From contig CALSMN010000006.1 of assembly GCA_943787465.1 (NCBI GenBank), positions 205,105 through 269,104 on the forward strand: a stretch of 64,000 nucleotides of DNA. Reading direction: 5' to 3'. Position 1 is the stretch's first letter. Every line of letters begins with the position of its first letter. Shown piece after piece: positions 29,531-39,050 of this stretch. The notes under the pieces were generated by a model that ran no database searches, had not been told where the DNA came from, and was given only the letters and a program-made list of their open reading frames with translations. Both the position numbers and the translations under genes were made by a program. This DNA is from an uncultured Bacteroidia bacterium. GTDB lineage: Bacteria > Bacteroidota > Bacteroidia > NS11-12g > UBA9320.

Positions 29531-31006
29531 ATGGGACACCATTCTATACAAGAAGTATCGCACGAAAAATTTGAATTCCAAGGAAAAGCTAAACTTATTC
29601 CTATCGTACTTATAGTTCTCGGAGCAGTTTTAGCCATCATAGGATCTTTACAAGTTAAAAATAATTGGGATAATGTAGGTCATCACGCACAAACCAAAGA
29701 TGGGGTTACTCATCATGAATCAGCTCCAAACCATCATATAGCCCATGCCGATGATCATCATAATTTAGGACACGTAGAGGATACTCTTAAAGAAAGTCAC
29801 GATGAAACTAGGGCTCATGAGACAACTAATCATAACGATCAACATACAAAAGCAGATGCTCATGCTACAGTTGACCATGCCGATGAGCATCATGGACCAA
29901 CATGGATGACACGAGTTTGGGCAAACCTATTGATGAATAGCTACTACTTTTGGCTGTTTGCTGTTGCTGCTATCTTTTTCATAGCTGTTAATTATGTGGC
30001 TAATGCGGGTTGGGCAGTTATGTTGAAACGAATTATGGAAGCTCAAAGTAGCTACTTGCTTATTGGATCTATTTTACTTATTGGAATCATTATAGGAGCT
30101 AAAGATACGCTCTATCATTGGGTACAATATTTCCACAGTCCAGCTGCTGGAAATCCAGATGCTGCAGGGTATGATCGTATTTTAGAGAGCAAATCATGGT
30201 TATTGAATAATACATCATTGTTTTTCTTTATTCCTTTTGTCACCATTGTGTGGATTTTAATTCGAATGAAATTAAGAAAAAATAGTCTTGCTGAAGATCA
30301 AGAAAAAGGGCTAACAATGTTCAAAAATTCAACTCGTTGGTCCGCAGGTTTCATCTTCTTCTTTGCCTTTTCATTTTCAGCATTATCCTGGTTAATCATC
30401 ATGAGTATTGATGCACATTGGTATTCAACGATGTTTTCTGTTTATAATTTTGCAGTATCCTTTGTAACTGGACTATCCGTAATGATGGTCATTTTACAAT
30501 ATTTGAAAATTACTGGTAAAATGACTTTAGTCTCTGATGAAGTTGTTCATGACTTAGGTAAATTTATGTTTGCCTTCTGTGTATTTTGGGCATATATATT
30601 TTTAAGTCAATGGTTACTCATTTGGTATACAAATCTACCCGAGGAAACTACGTACTTTGCGGATCGATTAGAAGGTGGATACAGAACTTTATTCTTTGTA
30701 AACCTATTCATGTGTTTTGTTGCACCATTTTTGGTTTTAATGATGAGAAATGCAAAACGTTCACCAATCGTATTATTGACAGCAGCATCGGTTATTCTAA
30801 TTGGACACTGGATAGATATGTATCTTCTAATCATGCCTGGAACCGTAGGTGAACATGCGGGAATTGGTTTATTGGAAATAGGTACAACGATAAGTTTCTT
30901 TGGAATTTTTGCATTCACCGTACTTCGTTCGTTGAGCAAAGCCAACCTCTATCCAATTAATCATCCTTATGTATTAGAATCTGCAAACCACGATGTTGGA
31001 CCCTAA
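29531..31006 (+). CDS. actF: Alternative complex III subunit ActF (second NrfD-like membrane subunit) with a His-rich N-proximal insertion
   Basis: 491 aa polytopic membrane protein paralogous to ActC. Residues ~48-123 are rich in His, Asp and Glu (GHHAQ...THHES...NHHIAHADDHHNLGH...DEHHG). Confidence 0.75.
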   Translation: MGHHSIQEVSHEKFEFQGKAKLIPIVLIVLGAVLAIIGSLQVKNNWDNVGHHAQTKDGVTHHESAPNHHIAHADDHHNLGHVEDTLKESHDETRAHETTNHNDQHTKADAHATVDHADEHHGPTWMTRVWANLLMNSYYFWLFAVAAIFFIAVNYVANAGWAVMLKRIMEAQSSYLLIGSILLIGIIIGAKDTLYHWVQYFHSPAAGNPDAAGYDRILESKSWLLNNTSLFFFIPFVTIVWILIRMKLRKNSLAEDQEKGLTMFKNSTRWSAGFIFFFAFSFSALSWLIIMSIDAHWYSTMFSVYNFAVSFVTGLSVMMVILQYLKITGKMTLVSDEVVHDLGKFMFAFCVFWAYIFLSQWLLIWYTNLPEETTYFADRLEGGYRTLFFVNLFMCFVAPFLVLMMRNAKRSPIVLLTAASVILIGHWIDMYLLIMPGTVGEHAGIGLLEIGTTISFFGIFAFTVLRSLSKANLYPINHPYVLESANHDVGP

Positions 31007-31023
31007 GATTTAAAAAGATATTC

Positions 31024-31060
31024 AAAAAAAATCCATGGGCAAGCCCATGGATTTTTTTTT
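31024..31060. terminator. Bidirectional rho-independent terminator (perfect palindrome)
   Basis: A7-ATCCATGGGC-AA-GCCCATGGAT-T9 between the convergent actF and DEAD-box helicase genes. Confidence 0.75.
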
Positions 31061-31075
31061 GAAGCAAAGTATATA

Positions 31076-32320
31076 TTATCTCTTCTTTATTTTTTTGGAC
31101 TTTAACACCGTATGTTCGTTCATTAGTTTTTTCCAATCATTAGCACCTTCGTCTGCAAAATCAATCGTTTCTTGATACTCCCGTTTTGTGACTTTAGCTC
31201 TGGTAATTGGTACCGTGATAAAATCCTCAATAGCTTGTAAATATTCTCTCTCCTCTTTAGCACAAAAAGAGATGGCTTTCCCTTTGTTTTTTCCTCTTCC
31301 TGTTCTACCAACCCGGTGAACATAATTTTCTGGAACTTCAGGTAAATCATAATTTATCACCATATCTATACCCTCAATGTCTATACCTCTAGCTGTTACA
31401 TCAGTGGCAATTAATATAGAACATGCCCCTGTTTTAAATGCCATCAGAGAGATATCCCGATCAAGTTGGTCTTTATCTCCGTGCATAGTCAGTGTATCTA
31501 GTTCTACTCTAGCCATAGCGTTTTTTACACGTTCAGCTCTCACTTTCGTTCGAACAAAGACTAGAATTTTCTTATCGATATTTTCTTGTATAATACGTTG
31601 CAAGAAAAAACGCTTATCGTCCATTTCTACAAAAACCATTTGATGAGACACATTTTTACTTACCGGATCTTTGGGTGATATCTGAATACGGATAGCCTTA
31701 CTACTGATCATTTGATAAGCTTGTGCTTTGATTTTTTTATTAATAGTAGCAGAAAAAAATAAAGTTTGACGTCGTTTAGGTAATTTAGCTACCAAATCAT
31801 CAATATCCTTTGAAAAACCAAGATCTAGCATATGATCTGCCTCATCTAAAACCAATACTTCTATTTTGTTTAATTTCAAATATCCTTGACTTACCAAATC
31901 GAACATTCTACCTGGAGTACTTACTATAATATCTATCCCCTCAATTAATTTGTTAATTTGATAATCTTGCTCTACACCACCATAAATACATAGTGCTTTT
32001 ACTTTTGTATTTTTAGCAATTTGATTAAAAACCCGCGTGATTTGTTGAGCCAATTCTCGAGTGGGTACCATAATGATGGATCGTATGATACTGGATTTGT
32101 TTCCTGATTTATATTTGATCTGTTGAATTTTGTCTATTAACGGGATAGCAAATGCTGCTGTTTTCCCCGTGCCCGTTTGAGCAATTGCCAAGACATCTTC
32201 CCCACGTTGAATCGGTGGAATGCATTTGTATTGAATATCGGTAGGACGCCTAAAATCCATGGCTAATAAATTGGTTTTAATCTCTTTAGATAAACGATAT
32301 TCCTCAAACTTCATGCGCAT
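31076..32320 (-). CDS. DEAD-box ATP-dependent RNA helicase (RhlE-like)
   Basis: Q motif, AQTGTGKT, DEAD (VLDEADHMLD), SAT, HRVGRTGR motifs; basic C-terminal tail. Confidence 0.9.
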   Translation of the reverse strand: MRMKFEEYRLSKEIKTNLLAMDFRRPTDIQYKCIPPIQRGEDVLAIAQTGTGKTAAFAIPLIDKIQQIKYKSGNKSSIIRSIIMVPTRELAQQITRVFNQIAKNTKVKALCIYGGVEQDYQINKLIEGIDIIVSTPGRMFDLVSQGYLKLNKIEVLVLDEADHMLDLGFSKDIDDLVAKLPKRRQTLFFSATINKKIKAQAYQMISSKAIRIQISPKDPVSKNVSHQMVFVEMDDKRFFLQRIIQENIDKKILVFVRTKVRAERVKNAMARVELDTLTMHGDKDQLDRDISLMAFKTGACSILIATDVTARGIDIEGIDMVINYDLPEVPENYVHRVGRTGRGKNKGKAISFCAKEEREYLQAIEDFITVPITRAKVTKREYQETIDFADEGANDWKKLMNEHTVLKSKKIKKR

Positions 32321-32429
32321 GCAAAGTTACATCAATACCTGATTAAGCAAATTACATTCTAATAGATCATCATTACGAATATTGTTCTTATCTATATTCA
32401 AATTATATAACTTAAATCAAAAAGAAATA

Positions 32430-33455
32430 ATGAATCAATTTGACATATTCAATTACATTCGTACTTACATGAATTCACATCACTTACGATTAGAAGTAAT
32501 GTCAACCATTGGAAAATCAATGGATGACTTACTAACTAAATACCTCAAACCCATAGAAACTAACTGGCAACCGGCTGACCTATTACCTGATTCTAGGACA
32601 GATGAATTCTTTCCTGCTATCAAAGAAATACAGGAACTAGCTAAAGATATGGATTATGACCTACTCACTGTACTCATTGGCGATACCATCACTGAAGAAG
32701 CATTGCCAACCTATGAAACATGGCTCATGGATGTAGAAGGTGTAAACCAACAATATAACGATGGCGAACCCAATGGTTGGAGTAAATGGATCAGAGGGTG
32801 GACCGCAGAAGAAAATAGACACGGCGATTTACTTAATAAGTATTTATTCCTGTGTGGTAGAGTAGATATGCGAGAAATGGAAGTATCTACACAACACTTG
32901 ATTAATGATGGATTCGATATTGGAACTGGTACAAATCCATATAAAAACTTTGTATATACCAGTTTTCAAGAACTTGCAACCAATATCTCTCACCGAAGAG
33001 TAGCTACTTTGGTTAAAAAAACAGGAAATAGCTTATTGGCAAAAATTAATGGCATCATTGCGGCAGATGAAGCCAGACATGCTTCTGCTTATTCTGATTT
33101 TGTTAAACGAATTTTTGAACTAGACCCCAGCCAAATGATGGTGTCATTTGAAGATATGATGCGCAGAAAAATTGTAATGCCAGCTCATTTTATGAGACAA
33201 AGCGGTGATAAAGTAGGTGAATTATGGAGTCACTTTTCGGATGCTGCTCAACGTACAAAGGTATATACCGCACAAGACTATATAGACATCCTTTCTTCAT
33301 TAATTCGTGATTGGAATATTGATAAAATAACTGATTTAAATGATTTAGGGGAAAAGGCAAGAGATTATTTAATGGCTCTTCCAGGTAGACTTCAGCGTAT
33401 AACTGATCGAATGAAAGAACCTGAAAAAGAATATGAATTTAAATGGATTGGATAA
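32430..33455 (+). CDS. Soluble acyl-ACP desaturase (plant stearoyl-ACP delta9-desaturase-type di-iron enzyme)
   Basis: Near-collinear similarity to plastid stearoyl-ACP desaturase: ITEEALPTYETWL, WTAEENRHGDLLNKYLFLCGRVDM, YTSFQELAT.ISH, IAADEARHASAY, MMRRKIVMPAH, VYTAQDY. The ORF-track start at 32382 is probably too early. Confidence 0.85.
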   Translation: MNQFDIFNYIRTYMNSHHLRLEVMSTIGKSMDDLLTKYLKPIETNWQPADLLPDSRTDEFFPAIKEIQELAKDMDYDLLTVLIGDTITEEALPTYETWLMDVEGVNQQYNDGEPNGWSKWIRGWTAEENRHGDLLNKYLFLCGRVDMREMEVSTQHLINDGFDIGTGTNPYKNFVYTSFQELATNISHRRVATLVKKTGNSLLAKINGIIAADEARHASAYSDFVKRIFELDPSQMMVSFEDMMRRKIVMPAHFMRQSGDKVGELWSHFSDAAQRTKVYTAQDYIDILSSLIRDWNIDKITDLNDLGEKARDYLMALPGRLQRITDRMKEPEKEYEFKWIG

Positions 33456-33487
33456 ACTATATACGTTCTTTCGTGTTTATTTAAAGA

Positions 33488-33691
33488 GTGAATTTAGGTC
33501 AATATAGGAATAATATAGATATCGGTATCGAAGTTGATATTGTCTTAAAAAAACATCAAAGAACGGGAGAACTAACCAACGGTTTTGTAAAGAAAATCTT
33601 AACAAAATCACAACATCACCCTCATGGCATAAAAGTACAACTTGAAACTGGAGAGGTTGGGAGAATAAAAAAAATCTATCTAGACGAATAA
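33488..33691 (+). CDS. YwbE-family small protein (DUF2196)
   Basis: IGIEVDIVLKKHQRTGELTNGFVKKILTKSQHHPHGIKVQLETGEVGRI closely parallels Bacillus YwbE. Confidence 0.7.
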   Translation: MNLGQYRNNIDIGIEVDIVLKKHQRTGELTNGFVKKILTKSQHHPHGIKVQLETGEVGRIKKIYLDE

Positions 33692-33693
33692 TT

Positions 33694-34173
33694 ATGTCTC
33701 AATTTTACACGCTTTCAGCACAAAAACCCATGGGAGATCCCCTTCCAATGGATCAATACAAGGGCAAGGTTATTCTTATTGTAAATACTGCTACTAAATG
33801 TGGCCTTACTCCTCAACTATCTGAATTAGAATCCCTTCACCTCAAGTATAAAAACAATGGTCTACACATACTTGGATTTCCATGCAACCAATTTGCCTGG
33901 CAAGAACCCCTATCCAATGAAAATATGGAAGATGTATGCTTTAATACCCATCGTGTAACATTTCAACTCACGGCTAAAATTCATGTTAATGGTCCAAAAA
34001 CACATCCCATTTTTAAATTTTTGAAAAAAGAAAAAAAAGGATTCCTGATGGGTCGTATTGGATGGAATTTTACCAAATTTCTGATAGATCAAAAAGGAAA
34101 TGTAATTCAGCGTTACGCCCCCAACATAAAACCTGCTTCAATTGAAAAAGATATCATTTCTTTATTGATTTAG
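33694..34173 (+). CDS. Glutathione peroxidase (Cys-type)
   Basis: CGLTPQ active site, GFPCNQF, WNFTKFL motifs. Confidence 0.9.
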   Translation: MSQFYTLSAQKPMGDPLPMDQYKGKVILIVNTATKCGLTPQLSELESLHLKYKNNGLHILGFPCNQFAWQEPLSNENMEDVCFNTHRVTFQLTAKIHVNGPKTHPIFKFLKKEKKGFLMGRIGWNFTKFLIDQKGNVIQRYAPNIKPASIEKDIISLLI

Positions 34174-34175
34174 AC

Positions 34176-34595
34176 TTAGTTCCATTGGTAAAATTTTTTC
34201 TTTGAATAGCCTGCAAAAAATACTAGACCTAAGGCAATTAAAATTACTACCATAGGCATCATTATAGCGTGCTTTATTCCATAAACTTGAATTACAGAAG
34301 TAAAGAATACATGATGAATCATCAAAGGAATTACTGTACAAAGGGATAAGACCAATATTTTTTGAGACCATTTTTTCCTTCCAATTAAACCTATAGAGCC
34401 TACAAATCCGCTCAAAACTGCTACAGCATACAAGAATGATATCCATGTAGGATATTCGCCATATAGAATTTGCTCTTGGGAAGAAAGTTTGGCTAAATCA
34501 TCAGTAGAAATAAATGTTTGATAGTAAAAATTAACTAGGCTCATTGCGTTCCAGAGTAAAGCTAAAATGCTTATAAAATAATACCAAGGTGACAT
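34176..34595 (-). CDS. Hypothetical small membrane protein (4 TM)
   Basis: 139 aa hydrophobic ORF. The overlapping ORF 34162..34446 in another frame is judged spurious. Confidence 0.4.
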   Translation of the reverse strand: MSPWYYFISILALLWNAMSLVNFYYQTFISTDDLAKLSSQEQILYGEYPTWISFLYAVAVLSGFVGSIGLIGRKKWSQKILVLSLCTVIPLMIHHVFFTSVIQVYGIKHAIMMPMVVILIALGLVFFAGYSKKKFYQWN

Positions 34596-34663
34596 TTTTC
34601 AATGATTGTTCCATAAGAATCAAATGTAGTTAAGATAATAAAGAGTTAAGCAATATAAAACAC

Positions 34664-34951
34664 TTATTTCTTTTTCCATCTTTCCAGATTAGGGATTTTT
34701 TTAGCAAAGGAATTTGCAAAAAGCCCCATAATAAAACCCATTTCTTTCATTTTGACTTTAACATAATATTGCATTTGATTGACATCCCAATCGGGATTAT
34801 TGAATTTCCCGTTTTCATAACACAAAGCACAGTACATTAAATTAATGGAACCATCTAAATTTGTACCTCCACCATTTGGTGATTTCTTTAATGGCATACC
34901 ACAACTCTGACAATTTTTATATTCTTGATTCATATTTTTTTCTTTATGCAA
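34664..34951 (-). CDS. Putative zinc-ribbon domain protein
   Basis: CQSCGMPL...YCALCYENGKF, a four-Cys zinc-ribbon arrangement; 95 aa. Confidence 0.55.
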   Translation of the reverse strand: MHKEKNMNQEYKNCQSCGMPLKKSPNGGGTNLDGSINLMYCALCYENGKFNNPDWDVNQMQYYVKVKMKEMGFIMGLFANSFAKKIPNLERWKKK

Positions 34952-35023
34952 GAAATGAAAAACAACTAAAAGGGTGATTACTTAATTTATGATATTCGTC
35001 ATATTTGGGTATGATATATATAC

Positions 35024-35052
35024 AAAAAAGCACCCCCATGGAGGTGCTTTCT
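35024..35052 (-). terminator. Rho-independent terminator downstream of groEL
   Basis: On the minus strand: AGCACCTCC-ATGG-GGGGTGCT hairpin followed by a U-run. Confidence 0.65.
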
Positions 35053-35071
35053 CTATTATTTAAAATTAAAA

Positions 35072-36724
<1,653 letters not shown>

Positions 36725-36754
36725 TTAAGTTAATAATTAATTTAAAGTTAAACA

Positions 36755-37036
36755 CTAAACGATTGCAAGAATATCTGATTCTCTCATCATTAATAAATCT
36801 TTGCCATCTACGGTAAGTTCTGTACCTGAGTACTTTCCATAAAGTACTGTTTCACCCACTTTTACTGTAGTTGGTTCATCTTTTTTCCCAGGACCTACTG
36901 CTATGACTGTTCCTTTTTGTGGTTTTTCTTTTGCAGTGTCTGGAATGTAGATACCTCCTGCAGTCTTTGATTCTGCTGCGGCAGGCTCTACCAATACTCT
37001 GTCTGATAATGGTTTAATATTCATGTTTGTATTCAA
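36755..37036 (-). CDS. groS: Co-chaperonin GroES (Hsp10)
   Basis: 93 aa; [12 protein letters not shown]...; mobile-loop region. Confidence 0.95.
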   Translation of the reverse strand: MNTNMNIKPLSDRVLVEPAAAESKTAGGIYIPDTAKEKPQKGTVIAVGPGKKDEPTTVKVGETVLYGKYSGTELTVDGKDLLMMRESDILAIV

Positions 37037-37053
37037 TTATATTTTCAAGACAA

Positions 37054-37071
37054 ATTGCACACATTGTGCCA
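37054..37071 (-). promoter_or_regulatory. Candidate sigma54 (-24/-12) promoter element upstream of groES
   Basis: Minus strand reads TTGGCACAATGTGTGCAA, that is TGGCAC-N5-gTGCA with GG-N10-GC spacing identical to the sigma54 consensus TGGCACG-N4-TTGCA. It lies 18-35 nt upstream of the groES ATG. Confidence 0.35.
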
Positions 37072-37170
37072 AGATTGAATAAAGACAAAATTGCACTTAC
37101 TTGTAAAAAAGTAGGTGACGATAAGTCATTCTGTCAGTATGATACTGTAAACAAAGCTTGAAGAGGAAGA

Positions 37171-37566
37171 TTATTGCTGAATGGGATTTCCATTCTCATC
37201 CAATATTTCGATTTCCATGTTTTCGGGATCAACCGTATTCTCTGGATTTGGTTGGTTAGATGTTGCGGGAGTTGTTACTGGAGCTGGTGCTGCTGGAGTG
37301 GATTCCTCAACACGATCCAAAAATGCATTGCGTTTTTCCAAATCAGGGGTGTAAACAAAACGACTTCCAACAGACAAAACCATGATAGAAATAGCTAATG
37401 TCCACGTAGCTTTTTCTATAAACTCGTTTGTTTTTTTAACTCCAGCTATCTGATTCGCAGCAGAAAAATTAGCGGCTATCCCTCCACCCTTTGGATTTTG
37501 AATAAGTACGGCTAGTATTAAAAGAATAGATGCTATGATTGCGAGTATGATTATAACGGTGAACAT
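37171..37566 (-). CDS. secG: Preprotein translocase subunit SecG
   Basis: N-terminal TM plus LIQNPKGGG motif; second TM; proline/Thr-rich C-terminal tail. Confidence 0.85.
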   Translation of the reverse strand: MFTVIIILAIIASILLILAVLIQNPKGGGIAANFSAANQIAGVKKTNEFIEKATWTLAISIMVLSVGSRFVYTPDLEKRNAFLDRVEESTPAAPAPVTTPATSNQPNPENTVDPENMEIEILDENGNPIQQ

Positions 37567-37572
37567 GATGTA

Positions 37573-38544
37573 TTATAGATCGTTTTTTGTTAGTTTAACT
37601 TCCTTAATTCGGGCGGCAAAATACGCTGATTTTTCAGGATTTTGCAAACTTAATTTTTCAAATCCTTGAATAGCCTTTTCATAGTGCCCTTGTTTGATGT
37701 AAATATTAATTAAAGTTTCACTAATAATGTGCATGGCATCCTTTTCACTAGCCTCTGCTTTATCCTGAGCATTATAGAAACTTCGGTTTTGAATTGGACG
37801 ACTACGTTTGGTTTTGATGAATTCGTCTAATAAAATTTGAACCCTATCGGGTGAATTTATTTTTTTCTTCTCTTTTTTAGGTTCTGATTTTTTACCAACT
37901 TGATTTAGCCAGTATATAAAATCCTGATTTGATTCGGAAGATTCCTCTTCTATGAATTTAGCCAATTCCTTTTCAGGATTATAGATTAGTTGTTCGAGAG
38001 GGATACGAGGTTGTGTTGCTATTGTATGCTCTTTTACTTTTAGTTCTTTGATCGGATCATAGGTGATTATTTTTTCAAAATCAATAGGATGTTTTTCGGA
38101 TAATATTACCGTTTTGTGCGGTTTTTGAGATTTATTTTCTTTTGAGTTATTTTGAGATTCTTCCGTTGACTTGATTACCTTTTTGGGTTTTTTTACACCA
38201 TTTTTTTCTTTGGCTACCTTTACTAGCTCTTCCTTTGGTACATCTTTTTCTTTTTGAATGTCTGATTGAATGTCTGAAGTTTCAGCATCAATAGAATCCG
38301 TTTTTTGTGAATCCGTATGAAAAAAGGAAAATAATGCCGAACGGCTTCCTGCGTAGGTAGATGCTAGTCGCAACTGATTATTTTGAAGATATGAATTTTC
38401 ATTGGCATATCCCTTGGCTAATAAAACATGGTAGCTACTACACCAAGGATATTCAGATACAAGATTTTTTAGTATCTGATTATCGGATTCCTGGATGGAA
38501 TTGGGTTGTTTTACCCAGAATGATATCTCATTTTGTTTTACCAA
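37573..38544 (-). CDS. Hypothetical Lys/Glu-rich protein with a C-terminal TPR-like helical domain
   Basis: 323 aa; overlaps the LptE-like gene by 7 nt; low-complexity charged middle region. Confidence 0.5.
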   Translation of the reverse strand: MVKQNEISFWVKQPNSIQESDNQILKNLVSEYPWCSSYHVLLAKGYANENSYLQNNQLRLASTYAGSRSALFSFFHTDSQKTDSIDAETSDIQSDIQKEKDVPKEELVKVAKEKNGVKKPKKVIKSTEESQNNSKENKSQKPHKTVILSEKHPIDFEKIITYDPIKELKVKEHTIATQPRIPLEQLIYNPEKELAKFIEEESSESNQDFIYWLNQVGKKSEPKKEKKKINSPDRVQILLDEFIKTKRSRPIQNRSFYNAQDKAEASEKDAMHIISETLINIYIKQGHYEKAIQGFEKLSLQNPEKSAYFAARIKEVKLTKNDL

Positions 38545-39050
38545 TTAATAGCCGCTTTATTAAAAATAGACTGAATGAGCATGGTCGATATTTCATCGAC
38601 GAGATCATTTTCTACATCACTAAAATTGAGTGTTGCGTCAAAATCTTGAAAGTTTGAAAATGATTGCTCAAAAGAGATTTTATCATCCGAAGCACAAACT
38701 AATCTAACATTCATTGAAATAGTAAGTCTATTCAACTGTGCATTATCTGTACTTTGAGCAGAAACAGGAGCTACAACAAATGAGGTTATTTCACCAGAAA
38801 AATCAAAGTCACCATCTTTCTCAGTAATGCTTAAATTGGTTTCTGAGATAAACTTTTGTTTCAGTCCCTCTGTGATAGTCTGACTAAGTAGAGGTGAGTT
38901 TATGGGGGCATTATTTTCAAAATAATTTACTGAAAAAGACTTTACTTCTTGTGGTATACTTGTTCCAGAAAAAGAATACAAACCACACGATTGCATAAAC
39001 AGCAATACCAATAAACCCATGTTCCATACTACACTAGTTCTCGACCCCAT
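38538..39050 (-). CDS. LptE-family LPS-assembly lipoprotein (Bacteroidetes type)
   Basis: Lipobox LLVLLFMQSC; 170 aa. The gene-order context sigma54 regulator - LptE - hypothetical - SecG - GroES - GroEL is conserved in Bacteroidota. Alternative start at 39020. Confidence 0.55.
   Translation of the reverse strand: MGSRTSVVWNMGLLVLLFMQSCGLYSFSGTSIPQEVKSFSVNYFENNAPINSPLLSQTITEGLKQKFISETNLSITEKDGDFDFSGEITSFVVAPVSAQSTDNAQLNRLTISMNVRLVCASDDKISFEQSFSNFQDFDATLNFSDVENDLVDEISTMLIQSIFNKAAINW

Noticed and set aside
34162-34446. 94-aa ORF overlapping the 139-aa membrane-protein ORF in another frame; considered as a frameshift
   Set aside because: The translation is Cys/Ser-rich junk, whereas the 139-aa frame gives four clean TM helices; no evidence of a frameshifted single gene.
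6221-35047. All three strong terminators (6221..6236, 31031..31052, 35030..35047) contain a CATGG/CCATGG core
   Set aside because: Short palindromic tetramers in GC-rich stems are expected by chance; three instances are not enough to call a repeat family.
37037-37170. CIRCE/HrcA operator upstream of groES
   Set aside because: No TTAGCACTC-N9-GAGTGCTAA-like inverted repeat is present; the repeats found are different (see the groES finding).
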